A DNA stretch of 64,000 nt from a virus (Duplodnaviria > Heunggongvirae > Uroviricota > Caudoviricetes). Both the position numbers and the translations under genes were made by a program. Where the stretch lies: positions 93,173 through 157,172 of IMG/VR virus record IMGVR_UViG_3300021399_000107, one strand, 5' to 3'. Under the pieces are notes generated by a model that made no database searches, had not been told where the DNA came from, and worked only from the letters and a program-made list of their open reading frames with translations. Positions 1 to 9,703 of the stretch are shown in pieces. Each line of letters opens with the position of its first letter. The first letter of the stretch is position 1.

Positions 1-1986
1 TTTTACCAAGAGCATTAATTTCGCTAATGGCATAACGTGCATACCGTTCTGCACTATTAAAGAGAAGAATTTCATCTTCTTCCATACAGGCCGCCGCTAG
101 CATCAACTCTTCGCCGCTCTCTAACTTACAAATGTTTGTCCCACGTTTTCCACGATGCGTCACATACTCGTTAGTGGCGGTCTTTTTAATGTAGCCTTTG
201 GAAGAAACAGTAACTAGATAATGGTAGGCAAAGAAATCATAACTGGGCATGGTCAGCAGTGGTCGTTCACCATCATTAAGGGGTAGAATTTCCGCAAAAC
301 TATAATCTTGAGCGCGCGTAAGCGAACTGAGCGGGAACTGATACATGCGGCCCAAGTTGGTAACGACCTGAAAAGAGCTAAGATTCGTGGACGTAAACTC
401 TTGCGTAATGGTAATTCCACGTCCCAGTTTCTCATCTTTTTTCGTAGCCTTGTCATCTAGCAGCCGAATCTTACCGTTGCTAAGAAGAAGGACGCGTACC
501 GGTTTTTCCTCTACACGCTCTTGCTCTTCTTCTTCCACAAGGTCAATAACTTTGGTACGTCTTTCGTCGCCAAACTTATTAGCGACTTCTTGAAGAATTT
601 TCACAAGCTCATCGTCTATGGCGACACTATCATTAAGCATGTAACGATAGTGGTCAATTTGTACTTTAAGTTCCGCAAGTTCGTTATCAAGTTTGATACT
701 ATCAATTTTTGTAAGGGAAGAAAGACGCATAGCCAGGATGGCTTTTACTTGTTCTTCATTAAATCCAAAGCGCGCAATTAGTTTCACGGACGCTTCTTGT
801 GGATTCTGAGCAGAACGAATAATAGCAACAACCTCGTCAATGTTGGCAGCTGCAATAATAAGACCATCAACTACATTCTTGCGCGCCAAGGCTTTATCAA
901 GATCAAACTCGATTTCGCGCCGCTTACAGGAACGAATGTGGGCGATATACGCCAGTAGCGCATTTTTCCATGTATAAATTTTAGGAAAACGTCCATCCTC
1001 TAGCATGATAAGATTGATGGTATAATAGGATTCTAGTGATGTAACCTTATAGAGCAGCTTAATAACCTTTTTAACATTCGCGCCCTTTTCTAGATAAATG
1101 TGGATACGACCACCTTCATCATTAGTTGCATCAATATATTTAGTAATACCACAATTCTCTTCACCATTGATAAGTTCAGCAAGCTCGTGATCAATAGTGT
1201 CTGTATAAACAGAAAATGGAATTTGGGTAGCGATTAGCATATTCTTGTTAGGATCATAGTCAATTTTCGCGCGCATCTTTACCGCCTTGCCGCTACCAGC
1301 AAGCATACTTTCCTTTACTTCGGTGCCATTAATAATGGTTCCACCCATAGGAAAATCGGGCGCACAATAAACATCTTCATCTGATAGATTTGGATTTCTA
1401 ATTAGTCGAATAATTGTATCATTAACTTCGCGTAAATTTGTCGATGGATACGAAGTAGCCAGCCCCACGGCAATGCCACTAAAGCCATTCACTAGCGGAT
1501 AAATACCAATAGTAGGTAATACGCGTGGTAGCTGCATTGTATTTGCGTAGTTATCGTACCATTCCTCTATACTATTTTTTTCGATACCATCAAAAAGATA
1601 AGATGCAAGCTCGCTTTGACGCAACTCTAGATAACGCATATGTGCATGGTTATCAGGAGAAACCTGATTACCAACGTTACCTTGTAGTTCTTCAAAAACA
1701 TAAGGATAGGCATATTGCTTACCCATGTGAACAAGCGTTGCATAGGCACTAGCATCACCGTGTAGATAGCCGCACTTGAGAATCTGACCGACGGCGGCTG
1801 CACCCTTAATGAAGTTTTTTGTATGAATATTCTTATCTTTATATTGGATGTATAAGATTTTCCGCGCGCCGTCCTTGAGCGCGTCTCGAGCGTCAGGCAC
1901 ACTACGCTCTTGCATAACGTGTCCGGCATATTCGAGAAAATCATCTCTGATAATTGTATTAATATCTTCTTCGTAAAAAGGCATAT
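1..1986 (-). CDS. DNA topoisomerase II subunit A-like (GyrA/ParC/T4 gp52-like), partial: ORF runs off window start
   Basis: Own translation of the minus strand from the ATG at 1984-1986, which is preceded by GGAGGA. The frame stays open to position 1. The N-terminus MPFYEEDINTIIRDDFLEYAGHVMQERSVPDARDALKDGARKILY matches the GyrA/ParC N-terminal motif (RALPDVRDGLKPVHRRILY). It is absent from the ORF track only because it is truncated by the window edge. Confidence 0.8.
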
Positions 1987-2036
1987 AGCTTTCCTCCTAT
2001 TACTTATATTATATTATAAATTAGGACGAAAGTCAA

Positions 2037-3908
2037 TTATTCGCCTCGTAGCTTATGGAAATCAATATTATCAAAGATATATTGACGGCGTGCAGGAACA
2101 TCTTCGCCCATAAGTAATTCCAACAGTGAAGCGAAAGCGGGAAAATCTGTAACCTTATAAATCACGACTCGTCGTTCTTTCTCATTAAACATTGTATTTT
2201 TCATGTCTGTGCTGGAACATTCACCAATTCCCTTATAGTAAGTAGGTTCCCAATTTGGATACTTACCTTTTTCCTTCTCATATTCTTCACGGGAATAAAA
2301 ATATACATTTTGCTTACCTTTTCTCAGTCGATAAAGCGGTGGAATCACGCGTCCTAGTCGTCCTTCTCGAATGAAATCTGGACATAACACATAAATTAGC
2401 GTTACAATTAGATTAGAGATCGCCGCGCCATCTGGATCACGATCCGAAAAAATTAATAGTTTACCAAAATTTAACTTTTGTGAATTATATTTTTCAAAAA
2501 TGCCGCAGCCAAGAATTTGTAGAATATCACTAACTTCTTCGTTTTCCAAAACCTTTTCAATAGGATTCTTTAGAGCGCCAATAATTTTACCAAGAATATC
2601 ATAGACTGCTTCATTAGTGATATTGCGAGCATTTTGTACTGGTGTTTTTGCGCTTCGACCCTCCGTAATGTAGAGAATCGAATCTTGTCCGTGCTTTTCG
2701 CAATCCATAAGTTTGATTGGCGCAGAAAACTTCTTTTTCTTATTTTCTGCGGTTAGATGCTCATGTGCAAGAATAGCTTCGCGCGCACGATTAGCTGCTT
2801 CTTCGGCTTTATTAACCTTAGTAAGCAGATTCATAATTTTATCAAACTCGTCCTTATGAGAAGATGCGAATTGTTTTAGCGCTTCGGTAAATGCTTTGTC
2901 TGCTAGTGGACGAAGTGCGCCATTATTTACTCGCATTTTCGTTTGATCGCTAAAGCTTGCATGTGGTACTTTGGCATTAATAACATAGCATAAGTTATTA
3001 CGCACAAAATCACCAGTAAACTTATCACCTGCTAGATGATTCATTGTACGAGTAATAGCAGTTTTTGCGCCGGTAAGACTTGTACCACCATTTAAATTAT
3101 GTAGACCATTAGTAAAGACATAGGATTGTTCTGTTGGACTACCCCATAGAAAACCGATTTCCATCTTATTACCTTCGGCATCTTCAACATTATAAATAAA
3201 AGGCTCTTTTTGCACAGAAGGTGTTACTTTTGACTTAATAAAGTCGGCTACACCATTCTTTGAATAATAGGTAACAGTTTTGTTGGCAATAATATCAGTA
3301 AGAACAAAAGTTAGTCCCTTATTTAAATAGCTCCAATCTTCACACATTTGACAGATGTCTTGAAATGACATATGAATTTCTTCTAGCCTATAAACGTCCG
3401 GCGAGGGCGAAAATTCAATATAGGTGCCTTGCGGCTCATTCGACGGAGCAACAACGTATTGAATTTCTTTACCACGATTTAACTCTAATGTCGCACATTG
3501 CCCTCCACGATAACTGCGCGCGCAAAAATGTTCAGAAGAAAGCGCCACGCCTTTCATTCCGATACCATTGGTGCCGATTACCGCAGCTCCGTATTGTTTA
3601 TCCAAAAACTTTCCACCTGTATGTGGTTGGAGGAAAATAGCTTCCATCGCTTCTGTGCCGTCAGCACGTTTACCAAAAGGAATGGATCTGGCATAATCAC
3701 GACATGTAAAGATATTTTTATTAGTATCAACTGTTATTTCAATTTTATCGCCATAGCCAGCGGTAAATTCATCAATAGAATTACTGATGGTTTCTCGTAC
3801 ACATTGTAGCACGCCTTGATTGTCTGCGCTACCCATGTACATCTCAATTTTTGTACGTATAGCAGTTACAAAGTCTAGAGTTTGAATGGAATTAGCATCA
3901 TAAGCCAC
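2037..3908 (-). CDS. DNA topoisomerase II ATPase/TOPRIM subunit (GyrB/ParE/T4 gp39-like)
   Basis: 623 aa. GHKL ATPase N-terminus (EMYMGSADNQGVLQCVRETISNSIDEF). TOPRIM motif YITEGRSAKT. C-terminal FIREGRLGRVIPPLYRL resembles the GyrB PPLYK motif. Confidence 0.85.
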   Translation of the reverse strand: MAYDANSIQTLDFVTAIRTKIEMYMGSADNQGVLQCVRETISNSIDEFTAGYGDKIEITVDTNKNIFTCRDYARSIPFGKRADGTEAMEAIFLQPHTGGKFLDKQYGAAVIGTNGIGMKGVALSSEHFCARSYRGGQCATLELNRGKEIQYVVAPSNEPQGTYIEFSPSPDVYRLEEIHMSFQDICQMCEDWSYLNKGLTFVLTDIIANKTVTYYSKNGVADFIKSKVTPSVQKEPFIYNVEDAEGNKMEIGFLWGSPTEQSYVFTNGLHNLNGGTSLTGAKTAITRTMNHLAGDKFTGDFVRNNLCYVINAKVPHASFSDQTKMRVNNGALRPLADKAFTEALKQFASSHKDEFDKIMNLLTKVNKAEEAANRAREAILAHEHLTAENKKKKFSAPIKLMDCEKHGQDSILYITEGRSAKTPVQNARNITNEAVYDILGKIIGALKNPIEKVLENEEVSDILQILGCGIFEKYNSQKLNFGKLLIFSDRDPDGAAISNLIVTLIYVLCPDFIREGRLGRVIPPLYRLRKGKQNVYFYSREEYEKEKGKYPNWEPTYYKGIGECSSTDMKNTMFNEKERRVVIYKVTDFPAFASLLELLMGEDVPARRQYIFDNIDFHKLRGE

Positions 3909-3931
3909 TATCTCAATCCTCCTTTTTCATT

Positions 3932-3960
3932 ATTATATCATAAATTAAAAAGGAAGTCAA
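3932..3960 (-). promoter_or_regulatory. consensus sigma-A/sigma70 promoter (TTGACT-17-TATAAT) for topoisomerase operon
   Basis: The plus strand reads ATTATA-N17-AGTCAA, i.e. TTGACT N17 TATAAT on the minus strand. It sits about 25 nt upstream of the 3908 start. Confidence 0.6.
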
Positions 3961-4120
3961 CCGCTGGCGGCTGACTTATAACATTATGAAACATCTAATT
4001 CTTCAAAAATTAAATCTTTTGGTAAAAATTTACGACACAAATAAAAGCTACCAAACGATATATTACGATCCATATTAGTATGCGTTAAATCAGTATAATG
4101 TGATATTCGCTTATCAAAAA

Positions 4121-4498
4121 TTAGAACTTGGCAATCGCGCATAAAGGGAAAACGTTTTGTCCTTGTAAAGCCGGAATTGGCATTAACATCGCATATGGTT
4201 TGTTTAATTTCCATAGGCGCGCAAGAATTTTATCCTTACAGGAATAGGGCGGGTTCGATATGATAACATCATATGATTCGTTTGGTTCATATTCAAAAAA
4301 ATTTTGCCCAGCACTAATATTAGAATACAAAACATTGTATCCATTTTGCGCGAAAATTTTAACATATTCGCTTTCTGGCGTATCAAAAGGACACCAAATA
4401 GTATGATATGAGGTCATGGCTAAATATTTTAAGAGCGGGCGCACAGCGTAAGCTGGCGTATACCATTCATCCGAGTCTGAGGTGCGTTTAGCTGTCAT
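4121..4498 (-). CDS. short N6-adenine DNA methyltransferase-like protein (NPPY motif); possibly truncated
   Basis: The likely true start is MTAKRTSDSDEWYTP at 4498, preceded by GGAAAT. It has the EWYTP N-terminus and the NPPYS catalytic motif typical of N6/N4 methyltransferases. No SAM-binding motif I is visible, so it may be truncated or inactive. The 202-aa ORF-track start overlaps the upstream gene and is rejected. Confidence 0.45.
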   Translation of the reverse strand: MTAKRTSDSDEWYTPAYAVRPLLKYLAMTSYHTIWCPFDTPESEYVKIFAQNGYNVLYSNISAGQNFFEYEPNESYDVIISNPPYSCKDKILARLWKLNKPYAMLMPIPALQGQNVFPLCAIAKF

Positions 4499-4517
4499 AT
4501 TTCCAACGTTTAGCACT

Positions 4518-4739
4518 TTATTTTTCCTCCATCTTTTTTGCACGCATCCATTGATTAAATTCTTCACTGCACTCATCGCAAAGAAGAAACTCGTCAATAC
4601 GATTCCAACACGGCACATCGTGAAATAGTTTATAAAAGGGTTTACGTATATATATTTTTTTTCGCCAAGAGTTATTGTAACTACTAGCAATCTCTTTCCC
4701 ACATCTATCGCAAAAATCAGTTGACACAACTTTGTGCAT
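4518..4739 (-). CDS. small Cys-rich zinc-ribbon protein
   Basis: 73 aa with CDRCGK...CDECSEEF Cys pairs. Confidence 0.4.
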   Translation of the reverse strand: MHKVVSTDFCDRCGKEIASSYNNSWRKKIYIRKPFYKLFHDVPCWNRIDEFLLCDECSEEFNQWMRAKKMEEK

Positions 4740-4741
4740 AT

Positions 4742-5461
4742 TTATTTTACAACCTCCGTGTGTCCATCTGGAAATAATTCGATAATATTATCATAAAGAA
4801 GATTGTATTTGCCATCTGGTGTACTGCGATTAATATGATAATGCCCACAAAAAAATTTTTTGAAATCAGTCCAATCCATCACATGTTCAAGATAAACACT
4901 CATGTCGTCATGCTGATTTTCATAAGGAAAGAGAACATCAACGATACGATTTGGCGCGCAATGGGTAAGGATATAATCGACTTTCCAGTGATGAAGTTCA
5001 ATATTCTTTATACCATTATCCATTTCTTGATAAGACGCGATCTCTTGGGGCCACCATGAAATGCCTTCTTTTCGCCGCTCTCGGTCAGTTGAACGCGCTC
5101 CACCAAATACAAAAAAGGACGAACCGTTAAACTCAAAAATTTCTCCGCGCATTAGGTGATGAATATGCGGACGCAGTACATGGGTAAGGCCGCCGTGCCA
5201 TTCTTCGACTGGATAGTTATAAAGAAGCGGGAAGTTACTATGGTTGCCGTCACAAAAAGCAACGGAAAATGGCAGATCTTCAATCCATTCTAGCCAATAA
5301 TAATCTTCGCGCGCATATTTTCCTCCCCAAGGGAAGCCAAAATCGCCTGCTATAAGCACGCAATCATCTTTTGTAAGCGAGCGCCCAAGAGGAAAACGTT
5401 TGCGGCTCAGTTTCGTAATTTCTAGTGAACCATGTGTGTCTCCTGTAAGAAAAAGTCGCAT
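4742..5461 (-). CDS. calcineurin-like metallophosphoesterase
   Basis: Motifs LTGDTHG, GDFGFPWG and GNHSNF. Start chosen at MRLFLTGDTHG, which has an AGGAAGGAAG ribosome-binding site. Confidence 0.7.
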   Translation of the reverse strand: MRLFLTGDTHGSLEITKLSRKRFPLGRSLTKDDCVLIAGDFGFPWGGKYAREDYYWLEWIEDLPFSVAFCDGNHSNFPLLYNYPVEEWHGGLTHVLRPHIHHLMRGEIFEFNGSSFFVFGGARSTDRERRKEGISWWPQEIASYQEMDNGIKNIELHHWKVDYILTHCAPNRIVDVLFPYENQHDDMSVYLEHVMDWTDFKKFFCGHYHINRSTPDGKYNLLYDNIIELFPDGHTEVVK

Positions 5462-5495
5462 CGTTCTTCCTTCCTTTCTTTTTATACGATAATTA

Positions 5496-5696
5496 TTAAT
5501 TATTATCAATTACTCGACAGTTTGTAATAGCGCAAATACATCCATGTTCTTTGCTATATTGTTGTAATAGGTCTATTAAATTATCGCAACAATAAGAACT
5601 GTCGTTTAGGTAAAATTCTATGTCGCTATCATTCCACTCGGCTGGAAAAGTCATTGGTAATTGCATAGTGACTTCTACTGTCTTTTGTTGTCGCAT
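5496..5696 (-). CDS. hypothetical protein
   Basis: ORF with an AAAGGAGATGG ribosome-binding site before MRQQKTVEV. Confidence 0.35.
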   Translation of the reverse strand: MRQQKTVEVTMQLPMTFPAEWNDSDIEFYLNDSSYCCDNLIDLLQQYSKEHGCICAITNCRVIDNN

Positions 5697-5717
5697 CTTT
5701 CCATCTCCTTTTTCTTT

Positions 5718-5746
5718 ATTATACAACAAAATTAAAGGCAAGTCAA
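5718..5746 (-). promoter_or_regulatory. consensus promoter TTGACT-17-TATAAT
   Basis: ATTATA-N17-AGTCAA on the plus strand. Confidence 0.55.
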
Positions 5747-5762
5747 TTACTTGCCTTTCATC

Positions 5763-6140
5763 TTAATATTTAAGATAGCCATCGCAAACTCTTCGCAGAC
5801 ATTCATGAAAAATATAGCAACGAACAAGTGTATCCAGTAGTTGTGCGTTGATGTCGGGCTTTTGCGAAAAAAGATCGAGGTCGTGCATGGCTTCATTGAC
5901 AAGATCATAATTTCCTGCAAGCATGAGTCCGCACATAAACTCATTAGCGTAGTGTCGATCACCATTACCAGTCACGCTATCGGCTACCCATAGCTCGCTT
6001 TCCAGTACCTCAAATAGCGCGTCACTATCTTCAAAATCATTTAGATCAACATTGTGCTCAATATAATCACAAATATCGTCTTCCATTGCTTCATAATAGT
6101 TGTAAATTTCCTGCTCCATTATGCTACTAGCTCCTTCCAA
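5763..6140 (-). CDS. hypothetical acidic protein
   Basis: 125-aa ORF, no motif recognised. Confidence 0.4.
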   Translation of the reverse strand: MEGASSIMEQEIYNYYEAMEDDICDYIEHNVDLNDFEDSDALFEVLESELWVADSVTGNGDRHYANEFMCGLMLAGNYDLVNEAMHDLDLFSQKPDINAQLLDTLVRCYIFHECLRRVCDGYLKY

Positions 6141-6706
6141 GCATTAATAAGATTCTCAAGAGGTTGCGGAGTATAATTCATATAGGGCAGCATACAACCA
6201 ACATTAACGAGTTGACCGCGGTTTTCACCTGGTTGATGCTGCTTGCGCGCCAATTCACGAGTGAGTGATACCATTTGTTGATATTCTTTTGTAATATGTA
6301 CATGTCCATAAAGCATCCAACAATTATCATTGTAATCGGCCTTATAGAATGGCATAGGATAATGGGATAGAATTAGGTGCTTGCCGCGCACCTTTAGCTC
6401 CTTATAGTCAGAAATGGAGTCAAACATAGGTGCATATATTGTCGTCCATTTGTCTGGATCATGATTGCCCTTCACCAAATGCTTATGACCGCGCAATGAA
6501 CATACTAACTCTAGGTATTCTTGATCTTGCGCAGTTTTCCAACAAAAATCACCCAAAATGTAGACATGATCGGAAGCTGAAACTGCGGCGTTCCAATTCT
6601 CCACAAGCTTCTTGTTCATTTCCTCTACGGTTGAAAATGGGCGCGCATCGAATCGAATAACATTATCGTGAAAGAAATGCGTATCACTAATAAAATATTC
6701 CATCAA
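6119..6706 (-). CDS. metallophosphoesterase (second copy)
   Basis: Motifs FISDTHFFHDN, ILGDFCWK and VKGNHDP. Confidence 0.7.
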   Translation of the reverse strand: MMEYFISDTHFFHDNVIRFDARPFSTVEEMNKKLVENWNAAVSASDHVYILGDFCWKTAQDQEYLELVCSLRGHKHLVKGNHDPDKWTTIYAPMFDSISDYKELKVRGKHLILSHYPMPFYKADYNDNCWMLYGHVHITKEYQQMVSLTRELARKQHQPGENRGQLVNVGCMLPYMNYTPQPLENLINAWKELVA

Positions 6707-7230
6707 GTATCAATCCTTTTAAAAAAGGCCATGTAAATTTCTTGCCAACCGTTCTTGCAGGTGTAGGCACAAAAATCAGCCCATTGAATATCTTCCAAAC
6801 GTTCGCCTTCATCGGTAATTAGGAATTTTCCTTTATTATCACCAACAACCACCTTAACGCATTGATAGGCTTCGATTGCGGCATCAGTTTTAATGTACGC
6901 CATATCTCCTTCAACGCAATATTTAAGTGCGCCAAAAGCATGATTCCAATGATCGGCAATATAGCCACAACCGCCTTTAAATGACTTGCACCACGCGGCA
7001 CTGTCCCAATTATCAACTAATTGTTGGGCAACTTTGCCCGTAGCAGGTGAATCATAGACGCGAACGCTAATATTAACTGAAGGAATGTAGAGTCTACCCG
7101 CATCACCGAGAGGTTGATTATCGAGTAGAATTGAAGGAGGCGCGCAAGCCATACATACAAAGAGAATAGCGAGGTACAAACTTAAAACTCTAATACGCTC
7201 ACCTTCCATCATAAATCTTATACATTTCAC
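6703..7230 (-). CDS. hypothetical protein with N-terminal hydrophobic segment
   Basis: 175 aa. The N-terminal LSLYLAILFVCMACAPP looks like a signal peptide or lipoprotein signal. Confidence 0.4.
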   Translation of the reverse strand: MKCIRFMMEGERIRVLSLYLAILFVCMACAPPSILLDNQPLGDAGRLYIPSVNISVRVYDSPATGKVAQQLVDNWDSAAWCKSFKGGCGYIADHWNHAFGALKYCVEGDMAYIKTDAAIEAYQCVKVVVGDNKGKFLITDEGERLEDIQWADFCAYTCKNGWQEIYMAFFKRIDT

Positions 7231-7609
7231 ATATTAGGTTTCGTAGCGTTTCGCTTTCCATTAGGTCTACATATTTCTGTCTCACTTGCGGCTCTAGTCG
7301 TAAGGTAAGGAAGACAGCGAGATTAAAGGCGGCCGCATAATGAAAAGCAGTAGCTGCATCTATCCCTTGTTTCATTATGCCTTCTGCAACAGGATTGCGC
7401 GCTTGCTTACTAGTTGATGTTTCAATGCGCGCAATTTCCTGTTCATAGGCTTCAATCCAATCATCCGGCGTGGTGCCATTTATATACTTATTAATAATAT
7501 AGCGAATTAAACAATCGCCACTTGGCGTAATTGTATAGCGTCGCTTGAGATGGAAAAGACGCAAGAAAAAGCGTCCGATTTTTCTAATCAAGTTAACACA
7601 GTATTGCAT
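7199..7609 (-). CDS. hypothetical protein
   Basis: 136-aa ORF. Confidence 0.35.
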   Translation of the reverse strand: MQYCVNLIRKIGRFFLRLFHLKRRYTITPSGDCLIRYIINKYINGTTPDDWIEAYEQEIARIETSTSKQARNPVAEGIMKQGIDAATAFHYAAAFNLAVFLTLRLEPQVRQKYVDLMESETLRNLICEMYKIYDGR

Positions 7610-8058
7610 TTAGTCCTCATCCATTCGTTGGGATGTCTTACAATATCACGCATAATACAGTAGATTGGCGATTCAATATTTTCTGCGTTTGTATTAAAAA
7701 AATAGGAACAGCCGCAGAAAGTCATTAGGGAAGTAGATTGAGAATTATCAATTTGAATCACATAGATGCGCTTTTGGAGAGCGCGAGCGTACCCTTGCTC
7801 AAAATTCGTGCCTGCTGTACTATTGCGGCCCAGGCTAATAAGGATGAGCGCATCGGCTTCCAGAATGTGCGCAATATCGTTATCATAAACCTTTTGCGCC
7901 CAAATTTCTTGTGGATAATCCCATGCGTTCGGAACCTTGAACTCGAAAGGACAATAGAGGGAATCCTCTTCGCGCATAAGCTTTTCAATCGTATGTTTTA
8001 CTGTGTGCATTAAAGAACGATGTTCGCTGTCACAAGGGCCCGCAAGATAGTACTTCAT
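7588..8058 (-). CDS. nucleoside 2-deoxyribosyltransferase / dNMP N-glycosidase (NDT/DNPH1 family)-like
   Basis: N-terminal YLAGP and the GTNFEQGYA catalytic-Glu motif characteristic of the NDT/Rcl family. Confidence 0.6.
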   Translation of the reverse strand: MKYYLAGPCDSEHRSLMHTVKHTIEKLMREEDSLYCPFEFKVPNAWDYPQEIWAQKVYDNDIAHILEADALILISLGRNSTAGTNFEQGYARALQKRIYVIQIDNSQSTSLMTFCGCSYFFNTNAENIESPIYCIMRDIVRHPNEWMRTKCNTVLT

Positions 8059-8279
8059 ACGTTATCCTCCGAAATATCTTTTTTTATTTGCTGAATCGCC
8101 CATTCCATCTTTGACAGTTCATTAAGAAGTGAAGTCGGATTTGCATGATAATGCTTAAACAAAATTTCGTCGCATGTAGCTATTACAAGCATATCACCGG
8201 GTACGGTCGTAATCGGCTTTTTATAAAGCTCCACATGACCATCGCTACGAAATTGGATTCTATATTCTTTACTCATCAC
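8055..8279 (-). CDS. hypothetical protein
   Basis: 74-aa ORF in the operon. Confidence 0.3.
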   Translation of the reverse strand: MMSKEYRIQFRSDGHVELYKKPITTVPGDMLVIATCDEILFKHYHANPTSLLNELSKMEWAIQQIKKDISEDNV

Positions 8280-8556
8280 TTACAATATCATAGGGCGGCA
8301 TATAATGCGCGCGCCTAGTTACTCCTGCCGGTAGTTCAAGAGAGAATGAAATATCGAATCCCTCTTCGCCGTACTGACGAATATCCTGATAGAACTTACA
8401 ATTATAATCCTCTCTTTCAGGGTTTAGCGCTCGATGAAAATGGTGACGTACAGATGCTTCCGGACGTTGTGATTTGTTGCAGAAATACCAACCAGTTGCG
8501 CGATTTTTAATTAGATAATAGGTCATAATACGAAGTTTCTTTTTGGGATGTGGCAT
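8269..8556 (-). CDS. hypothetical protein
   Basis: 95-aa ORF. Confidence 0.35.
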   Translation of the reverse strand: MPHPKKKLRIMTYYLIKNRATGWYFCNKSQRPEASVRHHFHRALNPEREDYNCKFYQDIRQYGEEGFDISFSLELPAGVTRRAHYMPPYDIVSDE

Positions 8557-8588
8557 CTTTCAATACCCTCCTTTTCTTTTCTAAAATT

Positions 8589-8617
8589 ATTATAGCATGA
8601 AACTAAATAAAAGTCAA
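8589..8617 (-). promoter_or_regulatory. consensus promoter TTGACT-17-TATAAT
   Basis: ATTATA-N17-AGTCAA on the plus strand. Confidence 0.55.
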
Positions 8618-8689
8618 ACTTTTTTCAACTAGCCGTAAAGTGTAATGTCAACGGACGTTAAATTAACTTGCGTGCTTTGAAAAAAATTT

Positions 8690-8745
8690 TTCGCGTAGCG
8701 AACGCTTTTTATTTTTTATATTATTTTATATATTTTATATTTCTG
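8690..8745. other. AT-rich tract (candidate DNA unwinding element)
   Basis: ttttatttttatattattttatatattttatattt lies adjacent to the iterons. Confidence 0.4.
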
Positions 8746-8866
8746 GTATCAAATTGACACCACCCTAAGGGTCAAAATGAACCCACCTAGTGGTGTCAAA
8801 ATGAACCCACTCGTGGTGTCAAATTGACACAACTCGTTAACAGGTTAGGCCAAATTGAACCCACTC
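8745..8866. repeat. iteron array (5 copies of TCAAA[A/T]TGA[A/C]CCAC core, 23-24 bp spacing)
   Basis: Repeat copies start near 8749, 8772, 8796, 8819 and 8850. The array overlaps the 3' end of the adjacent rep-like gene. Confidence 0.6.
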
Positions 8867-9238
8867 AGGATGAGCATAAAAATGGTAAAGTGGTAGGCGC
8901 ATACCTTGAGAGTCCTCGGCTATTTCTTCATTATAGACCAGATAATGCTTATCTATTAATCCTTTAATCGCGCGCTTATAGGACGATTCGCTGATACCAG
9001 TTTCATTCATTATATTTACACGACTGAGGCCGCCAATATAGTTATCTTGATTAGAAATAAGGTATAAATAAATCTTCAATTCGCTTTCGTTTAACATACG
9101 ACAAGCAAGTAGTAAGTCATCTTTGTAAACTTCTGAAACTCTTATAGCGGAATCAGGTCGCTTTTTATGTATCTGAAAAGCGCGTTGATTTTCAACGCAT
9201 TTAAAGGTTTTAGAAGTCAGTTTCACAATTATTGCCAT
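8837..9238 (-). CDS. replication initiator / replisome organizer N-terminal-domain-like protein
   Basis: 133 aa. LKIYLYLIS...NIMNETGISESSYKRAIKGLIDKHYL resembles the winged-helix N-domain of Firmicutes phage/plasmid Rep organizers. Iterons lie at its 3' end. Confidence 0.45.
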   Translation of the reverse strand: MAIIVKLTSKTFKCVENQRAFQIHKKRPDSAIRVSEVYKDDLLLACRMLNESELKIYLYLISNQDNYIGGLSRVNIMNETGISESSYKRAIKGLIDKHYLVYNEEIAEDSQGMRLPLYHFYAHPEWVQFGLTC

Positions 9239-9270
9239 ATTGTTACCTCGTTTATATGTTTATCTGCTTA

Positions 9271-9441
9271 CTAATTTTTAGTAATTAAAGGACGAAGCGC
9301 ACGTCGGAACGCCACACCATCTTCAAAATAGTAAACCATATAACGTGGATTTTTTCTATTTTTATCCATTTTAATCACCGGGAAGCCGAGCGCTTCTAGC
9401 TGATTCGCCACTCGCATGTTAAAAATAGCGTATAGAGCCAT
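9271..9441 (-). CDS. small hypothetical protein (56 aa, below ORF-track cutoff)
   Basis: Own translation MALYAIFNMRVANQLEALGFPVIKMDKNRKNPRYMVYYFEDGVAFRRALRPLITKN. GGAGGA ribosome-binding site with a TAATG stop/start overlap against the upstream gene. Confidence 0.35.
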   Translation of the reverse strand: MALYAIFNMRVANQLEALGFPVIKMDKNRKNPRYMVYYFEDGVAFRRALRPLITKN

Positions 9442-9665
9442 TAATTTTTCCTCCCATTGGTTTCATTATACAAAAGCTCCATTTTTTCCAATAAAGCTAT
9501 TGAAGGAGAACGTGTTTTAGTAAAAATTTTAGAGATATATGAACGGCTGCATCCCAGTTGTTCCGCTATGCGCTTATGTGTCCACTTTTGTTTTTGACAA
9601 TAAAGTTTAAAATTTTGTAAAAATATTTGTTTTTCTTGTTCAAATTGCGCTGAATTAAATTGCAC
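9441..9665 (-). CDS. XRE-family HTH transcriptional regulator
   Basis: The sequence RIAEQLGCSRSYISKIF is a helix-turn-helix. Confidence 0.55.
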   Translation of the reverse strand: MQFNSAQFEQEKQIFLQNFKLYCQKQKWTHKRIAEQLGCSRSYISKIFTKTRSPSIALLEKMELLYNETNGRKN

Positions 9666-9703
9666 TTTTTGTCACCTTATTCACCATATTAACATCGCGC
9701 GTG

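Noticed and set aside
1627-1944. 105-aa minus-strand ORF
   Set aside because: It lies entirely inside the topoisomerase A-subunit gene in a different frame.
3365-3809. Plus-strand ORFs (91 and 103 aa) inside the gyrB-like gene
   Set aside because: They are embedded antisense within a well-supported 623-aa minus-strand gene, and neither has a ribosome-binding site. The same applies to the other plus-strand ORFs in the track (e.g. 36033-36445, 38080-39228, 55947-56354, 63369-63623).
4121-4729. The 202-aa extent of the methyltransferase-like ORF
   Set aside because: Its 5' part overlaps the 73-aa Zn-ribbon gene in another frame. The internal Met at 4498 gives the canonical EWYTP N-terminus with an upstream GGAAAT.
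8745-8866. A CRISPR array
   Set aside because: The repeats are 14-19 bp, imperfect and separated by only 5-10 bp without unique spacers. That is an iteron pattern, not repeat-spacer architecture.
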